A stretch of 57,442 bases of DNA, counting the filler, from Platydemus manokwari (Eukaryota): assembly GCA_037951405.1 (NCBI GenBank). It is 5 parts of 5 records of this genome, joined end to end, with 100 filler letters (N's around TTAATTAATTAA, not from the genome) between each part and the next. Parts side by side here need not be neighbours in the genome. Positions count along the whole stretch, not along the records: positions 1 to 8,868 come from JBBMOY011336761.1; positions 8,969 to 19,549 come from JBBMOY011122218.1; 3 more parts are not named here. The stretch is one strand, 5' to 3'. Position numbers and translations under genes: made by a program. The notes under the pieces were generated by a model, which was not told the origin of the DNA, did not search any database, and saw only the letters and a program-made list of their open reading frames with translations. This document shows positions 1-10,826 of the stretch, piece by piece (the stretch's first letter is position 1; each line of letters starts with the position of its first letter).

Positions 1-5
1 ATAAC

Positions 6-2160
6 TTGGAAAAAAATTCATTAAACGAGACATACAAAATCATCTGTGAATTTATCCAAACTATGACAGTGATTAGATCACCAGGGCATTCATTCCATGG
101 TAAAGAAACAAATTATATGAAAAGGAGGAAAACAGACATGAAACTTCGTAATCTGTTCAACATTGCCCCATCAGCTGCTTTTGGAATAATTACCAAATTT
201 ACTCATGCAAATACTTGGCCAGAAAAGGAAGACTTCGAAATACATTACAGAAACAAACAAGTCGATCCAATGAAATTACCAGAATGTATTAGACCATGTA
301 TGACGCAATGCAATGAGTTCTGTGAGTTAAAGAGATATGCAAAGAGAGGCCCTAATTTCTCATTTCGAACTATCGAAATCTAAACAATATATAAAACTTT
401 ACGTCAAAAGGATCCAACAGTTCCGGGAAGGAACAATATCGGATACAGACCCAAACTGTGAATTATTAAAAGTACTATTTGACAAATGCATGGAGCTAAA
501 TGAAATTCCTGAAGAATGGAAAACATATTCTGCCATCATGATCCCCAAACCGATGAAGCATGACGAATATGACAGAATCGGATCATGGAGACCAATCGCA
601 CTCCTCGATTGTTGTTACAAAATACTAACAACAATCCTATGCCAACAACTTCGAAGTTGGATCGATGAGAACAACCTAATTCATCCATTACAAAAGAGTC
701 GGGGGGCCAACTGATGGGTGCGCGGAGCACAACTTTTTTCTTCGAGCTCTGTTAGAAAACTATTCGAGGAAATGGAAGAGATGACATTCACATCTGATTC
801 ATGGACATTGAGGAGGCCTTTCCTTCGATAAACATCACAGCAATGACGGAGATATTGGAATATATGGGTCTGGATGAAAATGCTTTAAAAATGGTCAAAT
901 GCTTGTACAACAACTGCTGGACTAGGTTCAAGTGTGGAGATTATGAGACGTGTCCGATCGAAATGAAACGTGGGGTTCGTCAAAGTTGCCCAATATCAAT
1001 GTTGTTATTCAACATTTCAATGAACCCAATTCTTGTAAAGATAGATCAAAACCGATTGGGTGGATTATTATTGGCTAATAATAAAATCTCTTGCCTGGCA
1101 TATGCTGATGACCTTGCACTGATCGGCAGGAACGCCAATAGTGTACAATCAATAATCAACGAGGCTTCCGAACTGGCGACTACACTTGGATTCAAGTTCA
1201 AACCATCAAAATGCGGATACATACACAATGAAAGAGAAGGGTCTATGGTAGATAATTTAGAAGTGAACAATGAACCAATCCCAATAATCACTATGGAAAA
1301 CCACTATCGATATTTAGGTGTGAACTTTTCACTGAAGTTACACAATTCCACAGAAAATCTTTTCAACGATCTAAAAACTACGATGGAAATGCTCACAAAT
1401 TCAATTATACTTCCATGGCAAAATCTCAGAGCATTTGAAATGTTTATCTATACGAAATGCACTTTCTTCCTGAGAAATTATTGTATCACCTATACAAAAC
1501 TCAACGAATTCGACATTATGATGAGAATATACTTGAAGACAATACTGGGTGTATCAAAACATTGCGGTACAAATTACCTATATGCCTCCAAAGCCTATGG
1601 GGGGATATGGTCTAGGCAATATAACATAAGGTTATACAATTCAATCAATAATCCATGCCTACTATCTCCTCACGAGCAAGCATGAAGTTATCAGACTGAC
1701 AGCAGTGCACTCTCTATGTCAATCAGCAAAAACCGAAACAGAGGTGAATGACATCAACGACTCACTCAATTGGATGAACTCATACATTTCTGGGACTCGC
1801 AGAAGCAAAACTTGGTGGGGCAAATCAAATATGCAGTGAATATGCAGTTGTTCGCTTTGAGACAATAAATGGTGCCCTCATGCTCAGAATCGATCAAAAT
1901 ATCAGCTCTAATGGTCTTAGTTATACAAAAGCAGCGACAGAGGAACCAAAGAATATGAAACAAGCTCCAAAACTTCTTCGACAGTGTTTCATTTAATCGT
2001 ATCAAATCCAATGGAATGAACAAATCAGGAGCGGTCGATACAATGCATTATGTGGTACAGTTAGCCCTATGTGGATCAAGACAGTATTCCATGGCCACTT
2101 AACAATTGCAGAGTTTCTATTCATCCACAAAGCTAAAACGGATACCTTACCGTCATTGAA
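6..2160 (+). mobile_element. Degenerate RLE-type (R2/NeSL/Utopia-like) non-LTR retrotransposon: frameshifted reverse transcriptase, truncated before the endonuclease
   Basis: Successive ORFs 6-383, 337-714 and 801-1685 give SWRPIALLDCCYKIL, (G)PTDGCAEHNF, DIEEAFPSI, KRGVRQSCPISMLLFN, LAYADDLAL, GFKFKPSKC and YRYLGV. Around 2100-2155, LTIAEFLFIHKAKTDTLP matches the post-RT 'FIHRAR..LP' motif of this group. Confidence 0.9.
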
Positions 2161-2199
2161 TAAAAAACTAAAACTTCTTCGTTTTAATATTTAAATCAC

Positions 2200-3325
2200 A
2201 AGACATGTTTTCACAGAACAAATAATATATATTCCTAATACATACATTTTAATAAATTCTTCCCAATCATTTTGTATGGGCTTTCATATCTTTCCTGATC
2301 TTTATTCCTCATCTCTTTCTTTATTAGTACCTTACCTCCTTCTTTGAATTTGAGTCTAGTTACTATTTTTCTATAATTATTTGGTTTTTCTGCAATGTTC
2401 TTCTTAAGCTCATGTCTGTCAATTCTACTATTTGCTTGCCACTGTAATCTGTCAATCTTTTTCACGAATATGGCTTCTGCTGGACTAACCTTAATTGTTT
2501 TTTTTGCATTTTCGCTTTCAAAGTGCATCCTATCTTTGGTAATATTGAAGCCCACTTTGTATTTTGTCTTTCCTTTATTGCCGCATTTATGTAATCTCTA
2601 ATCTTTCGAAATTGTCGCTCAATGATTCAATTATTGATGTGATGATAAGAACTCGAGAATATCAACTTCGTTCCCATTTTGAAAGTCATATGCTTTTTTC
2701 TACATTTTCCACAACTTATGTGTATTTCCTTGTGTGCTCCTTATTTAAATACCCATAAACTTCTTTGATTTTCTTTCCCACATTGTTCATATCGAAATAA
2801 TTGTTCTGTGATCAGTTCTTTGTGTGAATCTTTTTCCGTACAACTAGTAATTGAAATCCTGATAGAAGTAATATATTTCAAGTAATTCATTCCTGGTGAT
2901 ACAACAATCCTTCTCATATTTCCTCATTACTTGAGATCCGTATACAATGACTAGTCATTTTGGTAGTTATATCTTTACAATAATACTACTACTATTTTGT
3001 CGAAACTTACATCGGTATCTAGGATGAATTCTTTATTATAATCCGGCAATGATAAGATTGGTGCTTCTGTCAGGGCATTTTTCATGTTTTCGAATGCCGT
3101 GCTCCATATAAGCTTTTTATTATTTTTACCACATAACTCTTCCATGGCTATTGATTTCTTCGAGTATTCCTTTATAAATCTTCCGTAATATTCGCAAATT
3201 CTAAGAAAGCTTCGCAGGTTCTTTAAACATTTTGGTCTTTCAAATTTTTCTATTGCTTCAATCTTACTTGGGTCAGCCTTAATACCTCCTTCATTTATAA
3301 TGAGCCATGAACTTAATTTCTTTCT
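2200..3325 (-). mobile_element. Gypsy LTR retrotransposon pol remnant (RT connection, RNase H, integrase C-terminus)
   Basis: Minus strand reads EGIKADPSKIEAIEKFERPKCLKNLRSFL, TAFENMKNALTEAPILSLPDYNKEFILDTD and VIVYGS. ORF 2235-2555 has SPAEAIF...FKEGGKVLIK...RYESPYK (integrase GPY/F region). Multiple stops and deletions. Confidence 0.85.
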
Positions 3326-3489
3326 TGTTCATCATAGGTAGATTATCTGATCTTGCTTTGTGGATAAATAAGAAATGGAATTATAATTTGTTTAAAAAAT
3401 TGTATTAATTGTTGTAATTAAATAAAATTTAAGAAAATCGTAATAATGACTTCTCTTGTTGAAACATTGATTGCAAGTGAAGTAGAAGA

Positions 3490-6010
3490 ATAATAATTTA
3501 GAAATAAATGTTTATGATAGTAAGTGTAATGGAAATGAAAGAAAAAAATACAAGTTAATTCCAATTTATATTTCAAATAAAGAAGAATATATTCAAGATA
3601 TTAAATTTCATATTTAGACAATAATGGAATATCTCATTATTCACTTATTAAAAATTCCAATCGAATACTGAATGGAGAACTAAATTATAAATCATAACTT
3701 TAACAATTCAACGAATTTCATTTATTGTAAAAGGAATTTATCAAACAAATAGATATTTGTCACTTAAGCTTGCATGAGGAAATTAACAACAGAATCAGTA
3801 TTTAAAGTTAGAGATCATGTTCATTATCTCAAAGAAAACAATTACAGAGGAGCTGCATGTAAAAAAGGTGATTAAAAGAAAATTTAAAATTAAAAGAAAA
3901 AGTAGTTAAAATAAAAGGAAACCGAGAGATTTTCCATTATATTTTCATAATGGGTCTCAATATTATTTTCATCTAAGCAAGCGTCTATGGACAAACTTGC
4001 TTTATAGGCGGCTAGGTATAAATCGATGAAAAATATTACCATTAATTGAAGAAACTTATATCTCTTTTAATTATGACTGTTTCATCAAGACTATTTCAAA
4101 ACTCTTTGGATAAAATAAGTAAATAAATGAAAGATGAAGAATTTTTAGAATTTTGAAAAGAATTTTCTGAACATTATTTAATTATGAATGAGAAAGGTAT
4201 TTATCCAAATGATTAAATAATATCATTTGAAGCATTAAATGAATTTAAATTATCATCACTAAAATGTTTTATTCTGAATTAAATTTAAATTAAATAACAG
4301 AAGAATATCGAAGAGCTCAATGTATTTGGAATAGATTTAATTTTAGAACATTATGGAATTATACAATTTTATATTTAAAACAAGATGTAAATATAATAGC
4401 TAATACAGTAAAAGCTTTCAGAACAATTACATAAATAACAGAAATTTAGATTCTGCTCATTATGTTTCAGCTCCATCTTTAACATGGGAATCTAGATTTA
4501 AAAAAACTAATAATGAATTAGAATTATTCAATGATTAAACGGTGTAGCAAATGATACAACCAGGAATTAAAGGAAAAATTTCATCAGTAATTGGAAAAAG
4601 ATATGTTAGAGCAAATAATAAATGCATCAACCAGGGTTTCGAAAACTATAAAATTATTGATAAAAATGAAGCAGAAAAATTATTACAAATTATGAATAAT
4701 GCAGAAATAATATCACCGGGTACATTTAACAAGAATTATTGAATGTATATTGATGCTAATAATTTACATAGATTGGCAATGAGCCACCCATTACCGTATG
4801 AAAACTTTAAATGAGTTGATCAATATCAAATAGATGAATTAAATGAAGATTAGAAAAGGTTTGAATCATTAATAAAACGAATACCACATAATTCAAAACA
4901 AAAAATGAATTTAGAGGTTGATTTAGAATATACAAATGAATGTAAAAAAATAAACAATAGATTTTCCTTTAGCTCCAGAGAAAAATAAAGTTAATTTTGA
5001 AATGTTTAGTGATAAGCAAAAAGCACAAATTAAGAAAGAAAAAATCCCATTATCAAGATTATTAATTTGTGATCAAACAGATAAAAAAATTATGTTGTTC
5101 TTATAGAAACTTACAATTTTATTTGAAAATGGGGATGAAAATAAGAAAGGTAAACATGATAATAATGTGTTTTCAAAAAGAATGATTAAAACAATATATT
5201 CAATCAAATACAAATCTAAAAGTATTTTGTACATCTGACTTCGAGAAGGATATTTGGAAATTAATAAATAATTATAATAATAATATTATGAAAATATTAG
5301 TGAAAATATAAAAATATTTTCTGTTCAAAATAAAGCTAAGAAACAAAATACCAAATCAACTTATAAAAGATCAACAAAATGTAATGATGAATTATTTGCA
5401 ATACACAAAGAACAGCTGAAGTTGAATAAACCAATATATTTAGGATTTTGTATTTTAGAGTTAAATAAATTATTAATGTATGAATTTTATTATAATTTTT
5501 TAAAACCTAAATATAATTAAAATATTGAAATTTTATATATTGATATAAACTATTATATTTTAAACATTAAAACCGAACATATTTATGAAGATATTAACAA
5601 TAAAAAACAATAAAAAAATTTATTTGATTCCTCAGATTATAATAAAAAGCACCCATTATATAATAAAATAAATTAAAAAGGTCCATGGAAAAAGACGAAT
5701 CAAATGGCAAAATTTTAACGAAATAAATTGCTAAGTTCAAAATTTTATTGTTATAGTGTATATAATGGCAAACTAAAAATTAAAAATGAAGGAATTTAAA
5801 AGGCAGTCATTTATAAGGAAATGAATATGGATTTTTTTAAAGAATGTTTATTTAATAATAAAAAAAGATTATGCAGATGTTACGAAAATCGGTTATAATA
5901 AACATGACATTGAATGATCAAAAACTAATAAATTAACTTTAAATGATTTGATCAAAAAATATTTATTTGTGAGGATGGTGTAAAGACCCTTTTATTTGGA
6001 AAACGGAATT
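3490..6010 (+). pseudogene. Protein-primed family B DNA polymerase (Maverick/Polinton/adintovirus type) with N-terminal endonuclease VII-like motif, heavily degraded
   Basis: Motifs in order across shifting frames: VRDHVHYLKENNYRGAAC, PLYFHNG, KGIYP, YLKQDV, DSAHYVSAPSLTW, GIKGKISSVIGKRYVRANNK, MYIDANNL..LAMSHPLP..F.(W), LEVDLEY, FPLAPE, YRNLQFYLKMGMK, FEKDIWKLINN, LNKPIYLGFCILELNKLLMYEFYY and LYIDIN (decayed YTDTDS). Confidence 0.9.
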
Positions 6011-6952
6011 AATACCACCGTGTTTTTCCTATTATAAGCGGCCCTCTGAATATAAGCGGTAGTAAATATAAATAATATGTAAATAAAAACTATAAATATG
6101 CAATTATTATGCATACATACATATCAATAAAGAATTCCCGGGGTAAAATTAATTATAACTGTATCTAAAAAGCTTTTAAGACTGCCTATCTGGACAAGTC
6201 GGCTTCATTCGAAGAAAGCTTCATAGCAAAAGATGAGATATTAGGACCACTTATCAAACATAAACTTAATTCACAGGAATTAATTACAAGCGTTCAAAAT
6301 CTTGTTTGTTTCTGAAGACGATTTAATTTTCCTGCTGTGTATTTTAATAATTCTTAATTTCATTCTTAATTTCGTTATTTCCCTTAACTCTTAATATTTC
6401 TCAAGTTCATATTTAATAATTTCCTGATCTTCAATTATTTCTTTATCATTTAATATATTATACTCCAAAGCTTTCACTTGGAATGAATATAATTTATCGA
6501 TACCATTTTCAATTGCTTTTCAAGCTTAGAGATAGAGATCATCAAAATAATCAATAATAACAAAGTCAATAAACAAAAGAACCCAAAGCTTAAAAATTTA
6601 ATTTCTTAATTACTTATAGAAGATTAATTCATTAGATTGAATTGCAGTATTGAATGTAAATAATACCAGTGCATCGGATCCCTTTGCAAATTTAATATCA
6701 ATAAAAGCTGGAACTTTATCAGTTATGAAAATGATTTTATTCAAATGAATTTTATCAAAAAACCAAATAAGCGATAGAACAAAATTGGAAATTGTTCATT
6801 TCAAAATTATTCCTGTTTTGTTTCAAAGTTATTATAAATATATTTTAAGTGTATATATGAAAAGGGAATATAATGAATGGATTTTAAACTTAATTTGTTA
6901 AAATTTGTTTTAATAATATATTGTCCGTTGCCAGTTTATTTAAATATTTATT

Positions 6953-7879
6953 ATGGCATCAGCTATTAATCAATTTCATCCATCAGATGGCTTAAGCTAT
7001 GACCTGAGCGAATTTTTAGAAATATTTAAAGCAAAAAAAAGTTTTCAATTTTTAGATTTTGCTGCAGTTTGGCGAGATTTGAATTTTTTCGAATTGATTT
7101 ACGGAAGATTATCCATGACAGCAATTAAAGATTTTCTTAATTGCTTATTTCATTATTTAGTAGATCTAATCCAAAATACTTCCGATAAACTTTGTCAGAC
7201 ATGTGCTTTATATATGATGTATGGGTTTTACGGGAAATTACCATGTAAAAATATCATTTTCATAACAGTTACCTTACCTCAATGGAAAACCATAATGGAA
7301 CTTGTGCAGTTTTATCGAGAGGAAGAGCATTTAGACTGTCTTTATGTCTTTCATAGTTTATGTTGTTCTGGTGCATTTTTGTTTTGTGCAACTCGTCAAC
7401 CTAATTATCCTAATGTTCCACTTTATGCTAATCTGAATAATATAAGATCAATTATATTTAAAACTGAACAAGAGACATACGATAAAAATGATAATGATGA
7501 TTCATATATTATGAATTCTTTACAGAAAATTTCTGAAACCTTTACCAAATATTTTGCTTGCAAGAAAGAATTGTTTCCAATTGCTGAAAATTCTCTTGGA
7601 TTTCTTAATGAGGTATCTAATATCGTTGTGAAATGTTAATATTTATTTTTAATAATCAATTTCTAAATAAAAAGTTATTTTATTATTTATATTTATTGAA
7701 TTTAGCATTATATTGATGATCTGATTGATTGTTATAAAGAAACATTAAACAAAAACAAAACAATCTATACTGATACTAATTATCCAAACAATCCTTCAAA
7801 CACTGATGATTATTCTGGCTCCAGACAACCACAAAAGAAGAGGAAACACGAATTGAACAAAAATGTCAAATTAGCTTGA
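6953..7879 (+). CDS. SNAPC1: snRNA-activating protein complex subunit 1 (SNAP43); exons 6953-7612 and 7706-7879
   Basis: DLSEFLEIFKAKKSFQFLDFAAVWRDLNFFELIYGR, ALYMMYGFY..LP, ITVTLPQW and HLDCLYVFHSL...AFLFCA match the SNAPC1 N-terminal domain. Phase-0 GT-AG intron 7613-7705. Exon 2 is open to TGA and carries a PQKKRK NLS-like motif. AATAAA at about 7922. Confidence 0.88.
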
Positions 7880-8868
7880 TAGTAATGCAAAAAATACCTG
7901 ATTTATTGAGATTTATTTGTAAATAAATGTTTCTGTTTTTATTTCTTGTTCATTTTTTCAACAATTGATAAAAATAATTTATCTTCGTTACAGTAGCTTG
8001 TTTATTTAAATTTAAAAATATAAAATTTAGATTATTAATTTCAAAATTAAATATCGGTTTAATAAATATTTTTTCGTTATAATTTATGATTTTGACACTT
8101 CAAGGAAATATACATGCTATCATATAATCTATAAAAATGACATTAAAGCTCCGAGTGTTTTGTTGATAAGAGAAATACTTCTTACGGGTGTCTGCTTCAG
8201 TTAATATTAGATGTTCTGATTTTCAATATTCATTATAGAATTATCTATTTCAACAATGGTCAATTCTGATAATACGAGTAACATATTTCTACGACTTCTT
8301 ACATGTGAACGCCATTGATGATCATAAGTTTCTCAAATTTTATTTGAAATACACAAAAGTCCATCTGGTGAGCTTACTGAAAAATTTGTAAAGTGGTTAA
8401 AGGAATTGTTTACATTTCTAAACAGCAAAAAGCATTGTTATTCATAATGTTTTCAAAGCAAAATAATTCACAAAGATTTGATACATATGAAACCGAAATT
8501 AAAATTTAATGTTTAAAGTCTGATCACGAAACTTAATGATTTTCATAAATTAACAAAATATCAAATGTGATAGTTTTTAACAATATTAGTCACAGACCTT
8601 GGCAATAAAAAGTAATAATCAAAGTGTGTAATGTAAATATTATACTGCTTCAAAAATTAAACAAAGTTAAATAATTGACATTAACTATTTTATTACTATA
8701 CCATTAGTAAAACAATAAAAAGAGCTACAGTCAACATTCTATTACATTGATCTTATTTAACAATCAAAAATTGTGGCCCTAAAGAGGACCGTTTATACGT
8801 TCTCATAGTCTTACAAAATTACATTTGTAATAAACTAAATTAACCTCCAAAACCATACAAAGTACGAC

Positions 8869-8968
8869 NNNNNNNNNNNNNNNNNNNNNNNNNNNNNNNN
8901 NNNNNNNNNNNNTTAATTAATTAANNNNNNNNNNNNNNNNNNNNNNNNNNNNNNNNNNNNNNNNNNNN
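8869..8968. other. Artificial contig linker N44-TTAATTAATTAA-N44
   Basis: 100-bp N run with a six-frame stop cassette, identical to the three other linkers. Confidence 0.97.
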
Positions 8969-9662
8969 GGTATTATTTTATCTGTATTCAATTTACCATA
9001 ATGTCCAAGACATGTTCTATCATTTAAATAACACATATTACATGAGCAAATAATACCTGCACTAATCCATGTTCACAAGGTGATTCTAATTAATTTTTTG
9101 ATCAATATAAAACACTTTTGATACCTGTAATCGATAATGCACATTTATTATAAAAATCACATCTTATTTTATGTGGATCTATTTTTTTTCATAGGTGTCG
9201 TTGGGAAGCAGGTTCCTAGAGGAAGTGCAAAATATTTTTTATTTTGAGGGTTGATTGTCAAAATCTGGTCTTCCTTAATATTGCCAGAATATTCTTTTTG
9301 TTCCAAAGTATCATTTTTCAACAATTTCAACTTATTTAAACAAATTTGCCAAATATACTTTTATATATTTCAATTCGTTTTCAATGATCGCTATAATAGT
9401 AACAGCTCATATATGCCCTCTAATATAAATAGCTGAAAATAATATGACATTTATATTTCATTTATATTTATATGCCAACCCTGTGTTTTTATATTTTCGT
9501 GAGTACCAAAATATAATTGATTGTGGATCCTATATTGTCTTTTGTTTTTAACAATGATTTATTGATTGAATCACTACCAATCCCGACACGTATTTCCCTA
9601 TGATTGCGGCTTATCAATTGCGAATCTAGGCTAGTATTGAGTATATGGTCGCAATCCATCTA

Positions 9663-9720
9663 TGGCCGATCTTAGTTGGTAGAGCGATTTGCCAAGTTAA
9701 TTCCGATAACAAACGAGATT
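9663..9720 (+). pseudogene. Short degenerate 18S rRNA fragment
   Basis: tggccgatcttagttggtagagcgatttgccaagttaattccgataacaaacgaga aligns without gaps to conserved 18S TGGCCGTTCTTAGTTGGTGGAGCGATTTGTCTGGTTAATTCCGATAACGAACGAGA with a handful of mismatches. Flanks are not rDNA. Confidence 0.85.
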
Positions 9721-10826
9721 TGCTAACATGCATATTTGTGTTCAAACTTGTCTGTGTGAGTTCTTATGAAAGTCTAATCTTAAGGTGAGTGTTCTTCATT
9801 CAATATCTACTTCAAAATGTGCAGTCTCTTTGGAATTTCATTTAGAGCTTTAAAAACTTTTAACATTAATTTATTAAAGATTATACTACTTTGAATGATT
9901 AGACAATTTTCTATTGACTTATCATCCTATAACAATACACAAAAGCCACAGTGTTAAAGTATGCCGTGTGTTAATTGCTCTGTTATTTACTTAATCGTTT
10001 TATTGATATTAAGGAATTACTGCCAATATTTTTCTTAATCTAAAATCAGATGAGATTACCCTTGAATTTAAGAATATCATTAAGCAGAGGAAGAGAGTGA
10101 CAAGGATTTCCTCAATAGTGGCAGCCGACCGGGAATAAGCCCATTACCGAATCCTGTATCCCTGGTATTAGCAATTGAGGTGTCAGTGCTGTATCTTTAA
10201 TTGCTGATTCATTCGTATATTGACTGTGTTGGTGTCCATAGTTAATGGATGTGTAGGAATTGACGACACTTTTATTGATGCTTCCGACCTGCGCCATTTG
10301 CAAACGAAAATTTAATTCATAATGAGAATGTTAACCACGATCATCAATCAACAAATCCGTTATCAAATTATTCAATTCAAGCCAATCAATGATTTAGTCG
10401 AATAACTAACAATTCTCTAATAACGTCCTCATTCCAAATATGCACACATTATATATTATCATCATTTCTCATTAAACACAAATCAAGTTCAAATAATAAT
10501 AATAATAACAATAATATTTATATTTGCACACGAAACAATTTTTAATATAAAATACATCAATAAGTGAACAAAAACACCAATATTATCAAATACCGATACA
10601 TCATAATCCATTATAAATCGTGAAGCTCTAGAATTGAAATATCGAGACTAGATCAATAAAAAATACCAATTGAGGTATTCCGAATGAATGTATCATTGTA
10701 TATGTCATTAAATAAATACTGCTGCACTGCTATTAATATAACTTGGCAATTTTACCCACAAATTATAACAATTATATATTGCTATTTATCTAATCAAGCG
10801 AAACCAGTATTAAGTCGTTGGATTAT

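Noticed and set aside
3490-6010. TGA at several conserved Trp positions in mobile-element remnants (FK*, E*LKQYI, GH*AR, Q*TL), suggesting a TGA=Trp genetic code
   Set aside because: The same remnants retain TGG at other Trp sites and contain TAA/TAG stops and frameshifts, and host genes end in TGA. Ordinary G>A decay explains it.
6016-6060. Possible pogo/Tc2-like TIR (ccgtgtttttcctattataagcgg) at the end of pPolB
   Set aside because: No matching opposite end found and too short to support.
6-7879. Functional link between the NeSL-like element (family often targeting SL/snRNA genes) and neighbouring SNAPC1
   Set aside because: They are separated by unrelated Gypsy and Maverick debris and no snRNA or SL gene is visible; most likely coincidence.
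8913-8924. Recurrent TTAATTAATTAA palindrome as a regulatory or recombination site
   Set aside because: Always embedded in exactly 44+44 Ns; it is an assembly linker.
10100-10303. ORF 10112-10303 and PBS-like TGGCGCAGGTCGG as a gene or LTR element start
   Set aside because: No recognisable domain or adjacent LTR could be defined; probably repeat debris.
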